Under the pieces are notes generated by a model. It searched no databases. It saw only the letters and a list, made by a program, of their open reading frames with translations, and was not told the origin of the DNA. A stretch of DNA of 64,000 nt from Planctomycetota bacterium (GTDB taxonomy: Bacteria > Planctomycetota > UBA1135 > JACQFD01). This document shows positions 37,912 to 47,367 of this stretch, in pieces (within the stretch, counting starts at the first letter, position 1; each line of letters starts with the position of its first letter). Location: NCBI GenBank assembly GCA_016200225.1, contig JACQFD010000033.1, positions 100,175 to 164,174 on the forward strand, written 5' to 3'. A program made the translations under genes and the position numbers.

Positions 37912-39150
37912 TTATAGACTGACGGACTTCGCGTATTCCTGAAGCATTTGGTTTTGTTTATGAAAGTCGTGCTCGGGCACGCCAAGCGGCGATTTGAAAA
38001 ATGGCGCAGCGTGTTTCATGGCGCCGGATTCGCCGCGACGATGTGACAATTCGGCCAATCGTATCAAGTCGATGACGAGCGGCGCGGCGAGGGCCGAATC
38101 GCTTCCACCCCATGTGAATTGTAATGTCATCCGCGTGCCGAAAAATCCGGCGAAGTGTATAAAATCCCACGCGGTTTTCCAGTCGCCGAGCGACGGAACA
38201 TAATCAATCGACACGCGCGTGTGCAAATCGGGCCTTTCGCCGAGCAACTGTCGCAAAGCCCGATCTTTGTTCGCGATTTTTGCCGCCTTGTGCGCCGGAT
38301 CGACAAGCGTCCTTCCGTCGCTGTTGCCGAGCATATTGTAGCCTTCCCAGCCGAGAACTTTAAGATTTCGGTCGCGGAACAACGGCGCCAGAACGGTTTT
38401 CATGAGCGTTTCGCCGGTCTTGCCGTCGCAACCCGCATGGGGAACTCCGTTTTTCTTTGCAAACTCTTCGAGCGCCGGCGGCCGCGCGCCGAGCGAGGGT
38501 GTAAAATTAATATAAGCAAAACCGCATCCGATCGCGGCGTACGCGTAGAGCGTGCTCGCGGGAATTTTAGTATTTTTACTCTTTGACTCGAGCGCGCGCT
38601 CGAATTGTTGCAATGTTGCCCAGCCGACGCCGCCGGTGCGCGCGGCTTCCGTGCTCGCAAGGTTGACCACGACGACATCGCTGACGCGCGCCATTTTCTT
38701 GAATTCTAATAATTTTTGCCGGATCACCGCGACCACTTCGAGCGCGCTCGACGAGCGCAACTTTAACGATTCCCTTTCATACAATTCGCCCGCCGGATCG
38801 CCGTCGGGCGCATCCAGAATTCCCGGAACGATGCGGCGGTCGATGGCCGATAGTTCGGCGCGTTCCGATTGAACAATTCCCGCGGGAATCACTCCTTCGG
38901 CCGCCATCCGCATCGCGGCATCGAACAAATTCCCACGGCGCACTTCGGCGCCTCCCAATACAAAACTCGCCGGACTCACGAGCGGCACGCGATCGAACAG
39001 CGATCGCGCAGTGACGAGACCCGTTGTATCGATTCGCCGATGCCGTAACGCAGTAATTCCAGTGGCAACGCACGACGCGACCGCGCCGCGGGCACCAATG
39101 ATAAAAACGCCGATCCGACGCGGCGGACTGGTTGAACGTGAAGCGGTCAC
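37912..39150 (-). CDS. ino1: inositol-3-phosphate (myo-inositol-1-phosphate) synthase
   Basis: Rossmann 'IGVFIIGARGAVAS'. 'NFTPS...GCDGKTGETLMKTVLAPLFRDRNLKVLGWEGYNMLGNSDGRTL' is typical of bacterial/archaeal MIPS. I prefer the in-frame GTG at 39150 because it overlaps the upstream TGA stop as GTGA. The track ORF extends to 39237. Confidence 0.78.
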   Translation of the reverse strand: MTASRSTSPPRRIGVFIIGARGAVASCVATGITALRHRRIDTTGLVTARSLFDRVPLVSPASFVLGGAEVRRGNLFDAAMRMAAEGVIPAGIVQSERAELSAIDRRIVPGILDAPDGDPAGELYERESLKLRSSSALEVVAVIRQKLLEFKKMARVSDVVVVNLASTEAARTGGVGWATLQQFERALESKSKNTKIPASTLYAYAAIGCGFAYINFTPSLGARPPALEEFAKKNGVPHAGCDGKTGETLMKTVLAPLFRDRNLKVLGWEGYNMLGNSDGRTLVDPAHKAAKIANKDRALRQLLGERPDLHTRVSIDYVPSLGDWKTAWDFIHFAGFFGTRMTLQFTWGGSDSALAAPLVIDLIRLAELSHRRGESGAMKHAAPFFKSPLGVPEHDFHKQNQMLQEYAKSVSL

Positions 39151-40181
39151 CGGCTCGAGGGTCGGGTTTCCGGTTTCGGTTGGCTCACTGCGGATGCGAA
39201 ATAACGACGCACGATCCAATCGTACCGCTCCGGCCATGATTGTGCCTGAATCGTTACCCCGAAGTCGCTGCCGACGCCCGCGTTCGACGGGGCCCGGTCT
39301 GGACTCGCCGTTTGGCCGTTTGATTTGTCCGGGGCCGCCGAAGCTCCCGGACTCTGTTCAGGATTCGCACCGTTTGGATCCTTGGAGACCGCGCCGTTGC
39401 GCCCCGTTCCGGTCTCGGCGCCTGTTATGGATCTCGACTCGATTTTTTGTAATAAATCGCGGGCCAGATCCTCGCGGGATTCGGCCGCCCCGGATTTACG
39501 CGGCTGCGCGAAGGCGTTTTCTTTGTTATTTATTTGTAATAATAACTGTTCGAGTTTTCGCTCGATGTCGCGCCGGTCGGTCTCGGACGCGGATTGCCAG
39601 CGCTGCGATAAAGTTAAGATTTCCGAGGATGCGGACGCCGAATCATCGCCAGCCGCGGATTTTTGTAATATCGCCCTCGCCACCCGCGCCGATAATTGAA
39701 CATATTTCAGCGAATCGGACGCCCCGCCCACGCCTGAAGCGCCCGCCGGAAGTAACAAAAACCAAACGGCGATGCCGAGCAGCGGACCGGCCGTAGCCCT
39801 TGCGACTCCTGTAATTGTTAATTTGAACGCGCTGATTCCCGAGAGCCGTTCCAGAGCTTCGCGAATGCACAGATCCGTCATGCGCGTCGTACGCGCCAGC
39901 GATGCGCCAAATACTTCAGTTCCAAGCGCGCGATCCATCGACTGCGCCGCGGATTGATAAGAAACGCGTCGGAAGAGGAGTCCTGCGCTCGCGAATGCGA
40001 CGCAAAGCGCGGCCGCAATCGATTCGGCGCCTCCCGCGCCAAGTCGGCGCGAAATTGTTGCAAACGCGATGGCGGCGCCCGCGCCCGATCCGAAAGCCCA
40101 CGCCGACTGTCTCAGAATCAATCCGGTACGCGCGCCGGAGAAATGGGCGTCCAACGATGCCTTATCAATGCCGGCGGACAT
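39147..40181 (-). CDS. hypothetical membrane protein
   Basis: ATG at 40181 lies 2 nt after the upstream stop. Three or four hydrophobic helices, a coiled/low-complexity middle, and the C-terminal 'WPERYDWIVRRYF'. No family assigned. Confidence 0.5.
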   Translation of the reverse strand: MSAGIDKASLDAHFSGARTGLILRQSAWAFGSGAGAAIAFATISRRLGAGGAESIAAALCVAFASAGLLFRRVSYQSAAQSMDRALGTEVFGASLARTTRMTDLCIREALERLSGISAFKLTITGVARATAGPLLGIAVWFLLLPAGASGVGGASDSLKYVQLSARVARAILQKSAAGDDSASASSEILTLSQRWQSASETDRRDIERKLEQLLLQINNKENAFAQPRKSGAAESREDLARDLLQKIESRSITGAETGTGRNGAVSKDPNGANPEQSPGASAAPDKSNGQTASPDRAPSNAGVGSDFGVTIQAQSWPERYDWIVRRYFASAVSQPKPETRPSSR

Positions 40182-40183
40182 AT

Positions 40184-41059
40184 CTATTTTTCCGAGCGGG
40201 ACTCCGGCCGGCTCGCGGGCGCGCTCGTCGGCGGTGGCGCGATGGCCGGAATGAGAGGTTGTAACAATTCCTCGGCGCTTAATATCAATGTCACGGGCAA
40301 TTGTTCGGAAGGCACGAGCGTCCAATTGGGTTGGTAAACGTCAAAATCGCCCTCCATCGCGTACGGGTGCGGTTTTGGATAGGTCAACACCGATCCGCGG
40401 TTGAACCCGCACGTGCAGAAATTGCCGCTAATATTAGCGTCATACATCGGGACATCGCGCTTCGACTGCGGCTCCGTCATCACGGAATTGATAAATATGA
40501 ATTTTGCGTTCGGAATCGTGCGTCCTTCGGGCCGTTCGAAAACCAAATCTTCGATTCGGTGTCTGTGGAATCCGCGATCGTCGTTCCATTCAATATAAAT
40601 AAAAACGCCGCCACCGAATCCCGACGTCACGTCGTAAATCGTCGCGCCATTCTTTAACTCGTCTTCCGTGGGTTTTGGGTTCTTTAGTTTTCGCTCCGGC
40701 GCGGAACCTTCGTCTATATTGAGCGAAATGAGCGATGCCGCGATATTGCTCGGTCGCGCGTCGATGGAAATAAGCGATTCGTAATGGGATCCGTGCGGCG
40801 CCGTAATCAGATACTCGAGCGACTGTTTGGGCGCGTTAAATCGCCCGCGAATCGCGGCGAGTTTACGCGATCGATCGATAACAATTCCCTGTTTTTCCAT
40901 GTCGCGATCGAACTGTATGCGAAGCTCGTCCGTCGATGCTTTTTCCTTAACAACGGCCTTTGGCGGTTGATCGGGGACCGGCGCGGGCCGGCTCGGCGAT
41001 TGTTGGTTTGGAACGGACCACGATGCGGTCGAGATCAGTAATAACGCCGCGCAGCGCAT
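40184..41059 (-). CDS. hypothetical secreted protein (possibly YdjY-domain-like)
   Basis: Signal 'MRCAALLLISTASWS'. The core 'LEYLITAPHGSHYESLISIDARPSNIAASLISLNI' resembles what I recall of YdjY-type domains, with low certainty. Confidence 0.45.
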   Translation of the reverse strand: MRCAALLLISTASWSVPNQQSPSRPAPVPDQPPKAVVKEKASTDELRIQFDRDMEKQGIVIDRSRKLAAIRGRFNAPKQSLEYLITAPHGSHYESLISIDARPSNIAASLISLNIDEGSAPERKLKNPKPTEDELKNGATIYDVTSGFGGGVFIYIEWNDDRGFHRHRIEDLVFERPEGRTIPNAKFIFINSVMTEPQSKRDVPMYDANISGNFCTCGFNRGSVLTYPKPHPYAMEGDFDVYQPNWTLVPSEQLPVTLILSAEELLQPLIPAIAPPPTSAPASRPESRSEK

Positions 41060-41163
41060 TGTGGATCCAGCGGGCAAAGTGAATCCAACGGAAGGAATGT
41101 ATTTCATTTATTTATTATTGGAACGTGGATGCCCAGGTGCCGGTTCAATCGCAATTTGAGGAT

Positions 41164-44100
41164 TCAGCGTTCGGCATCGTCGGGTTCGGCATCGGAAAAC
41201 GCAGGACGCGACGCCGTCAGGGTCGTTTCGAGCGCTTTTTGTACCTTGGGAAGATAGGAACTATGCCGAATGATCTCGACAAACTCGGGATCGTCATGAA
41301 TCAGCCACCGAGCGATGCCGAGGGCTTCCTCCATTCGACCGAGCGCGTCCAAGGCGGCCATTTGTCCAAAACGCGCACTTCGAATGGAGTTTCCGTCGTC
41401 ATCCAATGTCTCCGCGAGGCGGAATCGTTCGCGCGCCAACTCGGCATCTCCGCAGTTCAAGCAGAGCCATGCATAGGAGTCGACGAGTACATGGTCCGAA
41501 GGCGCTAGTTGAACTGCCTGGGCCATGACGTCGCGCGCGCGAATCGCCATTCCGTGCGCATGGAACGACGATGCGACGTCGACAAGAGTGCGCGTGTCGC
41601 CGCGGCTATTTCGAATGGCATCGTCGAGAAATCGCACACCCTCGTCGGCCTTGGACTCCGCAAACGCTGCGTCGGCTCTGGAAATCAATCTTGCACATCG
41701 AAGCCAGACACGCGGTCTTCGCGCCCACTGCACTTCCGCGCTTCCGAGTATTCGGGCGAATGCGGCATCTACTGCCCCAGACGATGCCAGCGCATGTGCC
41801 GAATCATACAATTGTGCGGCGCTTCGGCGGTCTTTGGCAATTTGCGCGCGGTGAATGTGAGATCGAAATCTCGGCTCCAAGTCTTGCCCAAATGTTCCCG
41901 CCGCCGCTGCAAGGAGATCCGAAGCTTCCGGAAGTGTCTCAGTCCACTCTTCGGCAAGGTCCAGTAGAAACGTAGGATCGAAGTATTGTAATAAACCGGT
42001 GTCGCGGAGTCTTCGGAGCCAGTCGACAACAGCCTGGCCCGCGGTCGTGCCCAACTTCCCGAGACCGCGCGCGGCGGCATGTTCACGATCATAGAGTCTG
42101 CGACGTTCGAATACTTGACGCACAGAGTCAGGATCCAACAGATGTTTTTGTAGATCGTGCAACGGCCGTTCGAACAGATGGGAAAGCAAGTGCTCCACAC
42201 CCACGGCGGATCGAGAGTCTCCAAGCGCTGTTGCGACGGCCTGTAGTTGCAATTCACGCTCATCCGTCGGCGGCTCAGATAACAATTGATCTCCGACGCG
42301 GACCAACTGCTCCGCGGATTCATCTCCGCCTCGATGTCCAAGCGCGCGAATGGCTTCAATTCGGGAATCTACACTTCGGTCCCTGCCCGCGATTTCTACC
42401 AATGTGCTTAGCGATTCAGGACCTTCAACGAAGGCCAGATCGCGAATTGCATCGGCGCGATTTTCGTCGCCAAAGCGCGCCTGTTCATCCAACGCGAGGA
42501 GTTTGAGAAACCCCCGTCGCAGTTCAGTACTATGTCCTCTGGAGAGTGCATTGAGCGCTCTGCGACGCATGTCGCCGTCCAGTGATTGCACGTCTCGCGC
42601 TAGTGCACGAAGTCCCTGTCCCCTGCCGCGTTCCGCTGCGGCAATTGCAGATTCCACTCGGACGGCAGGAAGCGACGGCGGATCTAACAAATCCAACAAG
42701 AGCGGATCGTCGGGAGAAATCCGCGCGAGACCGCGCACGGCTTCTGTTGCAAGAGCACCGTCCAAAGCGCGCTCCGATCTTGCGCGGATTCTTAAGAATT
42801 CGATCGCGGAGGGTCCGCCGACTCTTGATATTGTACGAATCGCGGCGCGACGTACACGCCATGCGAAATCGGCATCGTCGCTGCCATGTTCCAGTTGTTT
42901 TCTGTATGCGAGATCGTGCTGTGCGGCAAGTGCGCGGACAACCTCTTCATCGCCGGTGAATACATCGAGCGCGGCAGTGAGGCTTTCGAACAATTCGGAG
43001 TCCGCTTCGTGCAACAGCCCAAGCAGAAATCCACGCGAATCGTTGTCGGGTCGTTCACGAGTCAACATCTCCAAGAACTCGGAGTACTGGGACGGCTGTG
43101 TTTCGTTGCAGACGGCTTCGATGCAACGATTCGTACTCAATTCCGGAGTTTTTAGCGCGAGTTCAAACGCCGCTCTTCGTACTTCCGGCGAATCGTCGGG
43201 AAGTGCAATTTCGCAGATGCTCGCAGTATCGTCGCTTCGTGCTCGAAATACTCGAACTGCTTCGCGACGGGATGTGGCGCCCATCTGCGCCCAATGGTTC
43301 ACAAAGTAGTCGGCAAGACCCTCGGGCGCGAATCGACCTAGTGCTTGTACTATGGACGCTCGTTCGTTGTCTCGATCCGCACCGGAAAGCGCATCGAATA
43401 GCGACTCCAGTTCTTTCGTTGCGTCCTTGCGCGCCATCGCGGGAAGTGCACTCAAGAGTCTGTTGAATGTGTACTGCGGCACAGATCGCTCAACGAGCGA
43501 CTTTCGAACGGCGGTGGCCGCCGTCGGACCGAGCGACACCAATCCATCGATGGCGGCACTCTGGTGTTCAAGATCATTGGACGAGAGTGCTATCGGCAAA
43601 AGTAACAACACCGCTTCCGGCGGATCGAACGTCGCCCCTACTCCGAGCGCGAGCGCCAACGCAAGCGCGCGTAACTCGGCGTTCTCGTCATGTCGTTTTA
43701 CGATTGTTAACAAAGACTCCCCAAGACCCCCCGCTGTGCCTTCGCTGCGCAGGGCTCGCAGTGCACGGAACCTCAGATCGACCGGTTGCGACATGTCTTC
43801 AAGAAACGGCGCGAGCGCCTGTGCGCCGCCCGACCCAAGTCTGGGGAGTACATCGACCGCCAATTCGGCTACCTGGCGATCTTGATCGCCGAGGCGTTCC
43901 GCAATCCATGGAATCGTGTCGGTGGATCCGCCGCGCACGAGCGCACGAATGGCCTCCATCCGAACATCGTAGAAGGGATCGTTTACTAGACTCTTGAGTG
44001 CGGGAGTTGATGCATCTCCAACCTCCGCGAGAAGTCGCGCGGCGTTTCTACGAACCATACGAATCGGATCCGTAGATCCGGTCAGTGCGAGTTCTCGGAG

Positions 44101-44439
44101 TCGAGTTCGATCACGCGGTTCGACGGCAAGAGGTGCGCCGCGTACTGCGGCATCGAGACCCAGTGCTCGAAGTCTCCAGCGTGGAGACTTGCTCAATTGT
44201 TCAATCGCGCCAATCGCAACCGGGATGTCGAGCGCAAGTACACGCGTCGCCGCCTCCACTGTCGCTTCATCGTTCTTGTCGAATACCCACTGTGCAGCCC
44301 ATTGTGCGCGAGCCATTGGTTCGATTGGGGGTAGTAGATTCCCCGGCACTTGGGAGCAAAGTCGCGCGAATTCATCTGTAGCATTGCCCGCGGCCTGGAC
44401 CGCCCCGAGAAGCAGAATCGCTGCGAGTCGAATAGTCAC
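41164..44439 (-). CDS. large HEAT-repeat protein with C-terminal TPR-like region (1091 aa)
   Basis: Signal-like N-terminus 'MTIRLAAILLLGAVQAAG'. Recurrent HEAT-like units ('DPIRMVRRNAARLLAEVG', 'DPFYDVRMEAIRALV', 'SPEVRRAAFELAL', 'DSRIEAIRALGHRG'). It starts 7 nt after the upstream stop. Confidence 0.68.
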   Translation of the reverse strand: MTIRLAAILLLGAVQAAGNATDEFARLCSQVPGNLLPPIEPMARAQWAAQWVFDKNDEATVEAATRVLALDIPVAIGAIEQLSKSPRWRLRALGLDAAVRGAPLAVEPRDRTRLRELALTGSTDPIRMVRRNAARLLAEVGDASTPALKSLVNDPFYDVRMEAIRALVRGGSTDTIPWIAERLGDQDRQVAELAVDVLPRLGSGGAQALAPFLEDMSQPVDLRFRALRALRSEGTAGGLGESLLTIVKRHDENAELRALALALALGVGATFDPPEAVLLLLPIALSSNDLEHQSAAIDGLVSLGPTAATAVRKSLVERSVPQYTFNRLLSALPAMARKDATKELESLFDALSGADRDNERASIVQALGRFAPEGLADYFVNHWAQMGATSRREAVRVFRARSDDTASICEIALPDDSPEVRRAAFELALKTPELSTNRCIEAVCNETQPSQYSEFLEMLTRERPDNDSRGFLLGLLHEADSELFESLTAALDVFTGDEEVVRALAAQHDLAYRKQLEHGSDDADFAWRVRRAAIRTISRVGGPSAIEFLRIRARSERALDGALATEAVRGLARISPDDPLLLDLLDPPSLPAVRVESAIAAAERGRGQGLRALARDVQSLDGDMRRRALNALSRGHSTELRRGFLKLLALDEQARFGDENRADAIRDLAFVEGPESLSTLVEIAGRDRSVDSRIEAIRALGHRGGDESAEQLVRVGDQLLSEPPTDERELQLQAVATALGDSRSAVGVEHLLSHLFERPLHDLQKHLLDPDSVRQVFERRRLYDREHAAARGLGKLGTTAGQAVVDWLRRLRDTGLLQYFDPTFLLDLAEEWTETLPEASDLLAAAAGTFGQDLEPRFRSHIHRAQIAKDRRSAAQLYDSAHALASSGAVDAAFARILGSAEVQWARRPRVWLRCARLISRADAAFAESKADEGVRFLDDAIRNSRGDTRTLVDVASSFHAHGMAIRARDVMAQAVQLAPSDHVLVDSYAWLCLNCGDAELARERFRLAETLDDDGNSIRSARFGQMAALDALGRMEEALGIARWLIHDDPEFVEIIRHSSYLPKVQKALETTLTASRPAFSDAEPDDAER

Positions 44440-44445
44440 TGTATT

Positions 44446-45354
44446 TCAGACACGGACCCCGCGCGTTCGTTCGCGCAGCGCGACGGGAATTTGTTCGAGT
44501 AGATCGGTCGCGATCATTCCTAATTCGCCGATTCGGACAGCGGCGAGGTCGCCCGCACGTCCATGAATGTATACGGACAAAATCGCGGCCTCGAATGGCG
44601 CCATCTTCCGCGCCAGGAACGAGGCCACAATGCCTGCGAGAACGTCGCCGGAACCGCCTGTCGCGAGTCCTGGGTTTCCTGTTTTGTTAATAAACACACG
44701 CGAGCCATCGGTAACAATCGTCCCCGCGCCCTTTAACACAGCGACGGCGCCAAATCGCCTGGCGATTGCCACGGCGCTCCCGACGCGGTCGCGCTGGATG
44801 TGGACGCAATCGGTCGAAAGCAGTCGCGCGGCCTCGCCGGGATGGGGCGTCAGCACCCGGGGCGCGTCCGATCTAATTATTAATTTCGACGCCGCCGCCA
44901 TCGCGTTCAATCCATCCGCGTCCACGACAAGCGGAATCGGACATTTCTTAATAAATGCGTTCGCGAATCTTACAGATCCTAGATTTAGCGAAAGGCCCGG
45001 GCCGATCACGGCCGCGTCAAACGAATCGCACAATTCGATCGCGCGCCGCAGTGCGCCGAACGTAACAAATCCATCGCGAGTCGAAGGAAGCGGTTGTAAC
45101 GTTTGAACGATCGTCTTGGCCGCGAGCGCAACGAGCGCGGACTCCGCGGTCGCGATCGTGACGAGGCCCGCGCCCGCTCGCGAAGCGCCCTGCGCCGCGA
45201 GCCACGGCGCGCCGGGCATCTGTAAACAACCTCCCAATACCAGCACCCGCCCGCGATCGCCTTTGTGCGTTTCCCGGCCGAGCGGCGCGAGCGTTGGAAT
45301 ATTACTATATCTGCGCAACGATTTCCTCGCGGCCGACGACGCGGCCCGCCGCAT
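44446..45354 (-). CDS. nnrD: ADP/ATP-dependent NAD(P)H-hydrate dehydratase (YjeF C-terminal type, stand-alone)
   Basis: 'THKGDRGRVLVLGG', 'GAPWLAAQGASRAGAGLVT', 'VVDADGLN' and 'ATGGSGDVLAGIV' are characteristic. The 50-nt overlap with the upstream gene suggests the true start may be a later or alternative codon. Confidence 0.82.
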   Translation of the reverse strand: MRRAASSAARKSLRRYSNIPTLAPLGRETHKGDRGRVLVLGGCLQMPGAPWLAAQGASRAGAGLVTIATAESALVALAAKTIVQTLQPLPSTRDGFVTFGALRRAIELCDSFDAAVIGPGLSLNLGSVRFANAFIKKCPIPLVVDADGLNAMAAASKLIIRSDAPRVLTPHPGEAARLLSTDCVHIQRDRVGSAVAIARRFGAVAVLKGAGTIVTDGSRVFINKTGNPGLATGGSGDVLAGIVASFLARKMAPFEAAILSVYIHGRAGDLAAVRIGELGMIATDLLEQIPVALRERTRGVRV

Positions 45355-46318
45355 TGAAAACTCTCGGGTCCGCGAATTTCATTAAATTTACAGTTTGTGA
45401 ACCGTCTACAAATCCGTGCCGAAGGAGCGTGTCGACGACAATCGGCTCATAACCGCGCGCGGAACCGTCTTCAACTTTGATAGCAAACCCGGAACGCCGG
45501 CCGCGCACGCCAAATGCATAAACGCCTTCGGCGCCGTTTTTCGGAATCACGCGTCCCTCCGACGAACGCAAAATTGCCTCGCAGAGGCGCCCGCGGCCAG
45601 AGTGTTCGATCGGGTGTTTCACAATCGCATCCCGCAGTCTTGTCAAGTGCGGCTGCAGCGCCGACGGACCGAGTTCGGGATTTGCAAATCTTGCGAATCC
45701 CAATGCTAACGATTGAAGCGGTGGCCGAAACGTCGGAGCGGAACACCCATCGACGTAAATTCCAAGATCCGCTTCCGTAACCGACATCGTTTTCGCGACG
45801 AGTTCGCGGACGAGTTTTTGTAATGGCGAGTCCGGCTCAAGATAATTCTCCGGCGCGCCGCCGAGGTGAATTTGAGTTAACAAAAACGCGGCGTGCTTGC
45901 CGGAACAATTGTGAATTCCCGGCGATGCGGATTGTCCTTTTTGTATAAATTCCCGTTGTTCAAATTTTCCGTAAGGGTCGGAACTGCCACACTGGAGATT
46001 GTTTTCGGACAGCCCGGCTTTTGCCAGCATTCCCAACGCGAGTTCGCGATGCAGCTTCGAGCCGTTGTGCGAAGAACAAGCGAGAGCGAGTTCCTGATCG
46101 GTCAAAGCAAAACGATGTGCCGCACCCGAGACAAGACACGCAAGCGCCTGAAACGGCTTGGTCGCCGAGCGCGTGAACACGCGCACGTCGGGATCCCCCT
46201 TTGAACGAATTCGCCCATCTTCCCAAATCGTCATCCAACCCCGATGCACCGTCTCCAAATCGCCTCCGCGAAATCGATACAACAATGCGGGAGGAACTTC
46301 GGGATCGGTGGAGTTCAT
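45305..46318 (-). CDS. asparaginase II family protein
   Basis: 'TRSATKPFQALA', 'ACSSHNG' and 'NCSGKHAAFLL' match the L-asparaginase II (PF06089-type) pattern. Start ambiguous: ATG 46318 or 46348. The longer track ORF would overlap the divergent gene. Confidence 0.72.
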   Translation of the reverse strand: MNSTDPEVPPALLYRFRGGDLETVHRGWMTIWEDGRIRSKGDPDVRVFTRSATKPFQALACLVSGAAHRFALTDQELALACSSHNGSKLHRELALGMLAKAGLSENNLQCGSSDPYGKFEQREFIQKGQSASPGIHNCSGKHAAFLLTQIHLGGAPENYLEPDSPLQKLVRELVAKTMSVTEADLGIYVDGCSAPTFRPPLQSLALGFARFANPELGPSALQPHLTRLRDAIVKHPIEHSGRGRLCEAILRSSEGRVIPKNGAEGVYAFGVRGRRSGFAIKVEDGSARGYEPIVVDTLLRHGFVDGSQTVNLMKFADPRVFNAAGRVVGREEIVAQI

Positions 46319-46471
46319 GATTGATTTTCCATATTCGAACACGCGCATCGGAAAAAGGCTAAAATGAAGATTGAATGCGCCTGGCAATCTTACTTTTGGA
46401 GCGCGCCTTGACTCTGGAGCCCGTGTGCGCGACTTTCGTTCGATGAAAGCCGCATCGACAAGGCTGCGCCC

Positions 46472-46867
46472 ATGATCGAAATGGAACTTTGCAAAGTCAT
46501 CTACCGCGAAAACGGCGATGATCAATTTGTATTTCTCCGCGAGAAAGCGGGGAAACAGCGTTCTTTTCCAATTGTCATAGGCCGCGCCGAAGTGCGAGAG
46601 ATCTGGAATTTAATTACAAAATTCGAACCGCCGCGGCCGCTGACGCATCAATTGTTAAAAGACGCGATTCAAGCTTTGGGAGCGACGGTTGAGCGCATCG
46701 TTGTTAATAATCTCGAAAAGGGCACGTACTACGCGCGCATTATTTTGTCGCGCAACGGCGAAACCATCGAACTCGACGCGCGGCCAAGCGACGCTCTCGC
46801 GCTTGCGACGCGACTCAACGCCCCCATTTTTGCGTCCGAGCACGTCGTCGACCGCGCGACAAGTTGA
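46472..46867 (+). CDS. bifunctional nuclease family protein (DUF151/BFN)
   Basis: 'FPIVIGRAEVREI', 'PPRPLTHQLL', 'YYARIIL' and 'LDARPSDALALATRLNAPIF' are typical of the BFN domain. Confidence 0.8.
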   Translation: MIEMELCKVIYRENGDDQFVFLREKAGKQRSFPIVIGRAEVREIWNLITKFEPPRPLTHQLLKDAIQALGATVERIVVNNLEKGTYYARIILSRNGETIELDARPSDALALATRLNAPIFASEHVVDRATS

Positions 46868-46986
46868 GCTACCTCGAAAACTCATTCAGGAACCGGACCG
46901 CCTCTCTTGCTAATCTCTCGCGCGCCAGTGCACGTCGCGCGATTTTTGAATTTGGCAACGTCTCGAATTGCGCGCGGCCGGCCCGC

Positions 46987-47077
46987 GGCGGGTTGCCTGA
47001 GCGGCCGAAAGGGACCGTCTTGAAAACGGTTAGGCCCGATAAGGGTCTCGTGAGTTCGAATCTCACACCCGCCGCCA
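46987..47077 (+). tRNA. tRNA-Ser (anticodon UGA), CCA encoded
   Basis: Hand-folded cloverleaf. Acceptor GGCGGGT/ACCCGCC. Anticodon stem ACCGT/ACGGT with loop CTTGAAA. Long variable arm. T-arm GTGAG-TTCGAAT-CTCAC. Discriminator G plus CCA. Confidence 0.9.
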
Positions 47078-47208
47078 GATTTTTATTAACATTGCAAATC
47101 GCGGCTTCCCCGATCCCACGCCATCGGGTAAAAGCGCGCGCCCTTTTGTTGCGGGGTGGCCAAGAGACTCGCTTTCTGGTGAATCCTGACTCTCTCGAAA
47201 ACACGGTC

Positions 47209-47301
47209 GGTGAGGTGGCAGAGTGGCCGAATGCGGCGGCTTGCTAAGCCGTTGAGGTGGAAAATCCGCCTCCGAGGGTTCGAATCCCTCCCTCACCGCC
47301 A
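47209..47301 (+). tRNA. tRNA-Ser (anticodon GCU), CCA encoded
   Basis: Acceptor GGTGAGG/CCTCACC. Anticodon stem GCGGC/GCCGT with loop TTGCTAA. Long variable arm GAGGTGG-AAAAT-CCGCCTC. T-arm GAGGG-TTCGAAT-CCCTC. G plus CCA. Confidence 0.9.
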
Positions 47302-47367
47302 ATTTTGGCGATGTTTTCTATTAGAATCCGCGCCGCGACCGGCGCACGCATGCCGCCCGCGATCCCC

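Noticed and set aside
42350-43309. Long antisense or off-frame ORFs. Examples: 42350..43309 (+, 319 aa), 54024..54989 (-, 321 aa), 18183..18965 (-, 260 aa), 39011..39796 (+, 261 aa), 27695..28402 (+, 235 aa), 31419..32102 (+, 227 aa), 43352..43997 (+), 10054..10615 (+).
   Set aside because: All lie inside, and in a different frame or strand from, genes with recognisable family motifs. Their translations are Arg/Ser/Pro/Ala-rich low-complexity strings, which is typical of spurious open frames in GC-rich DNA.
46987-47077. I checked whether the long-variable-arm tRNA could be tRNA-Sec (selC), which would support the selenoprotein call.
   Set aside because: The anticodon loop CTTGAAA gives anticodon UGA (Ser, reading UCA), not UCA. 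The acceptor stem is 7 bp, as in an ordinary type II tRNA-Ser. The second tRNA is Ser(GCU). No Sec machinery is visible in this window.
46868-47367. I examined the tRNA-Ser pair as a possible integration hotspot or genomic-island boundary.
   Set aside because: I saw no integrase or transposase ORF, no direct repeat of a tRNA 3' end and no compositional break nearby. The flanking genes are ordinary housekeeping genes.
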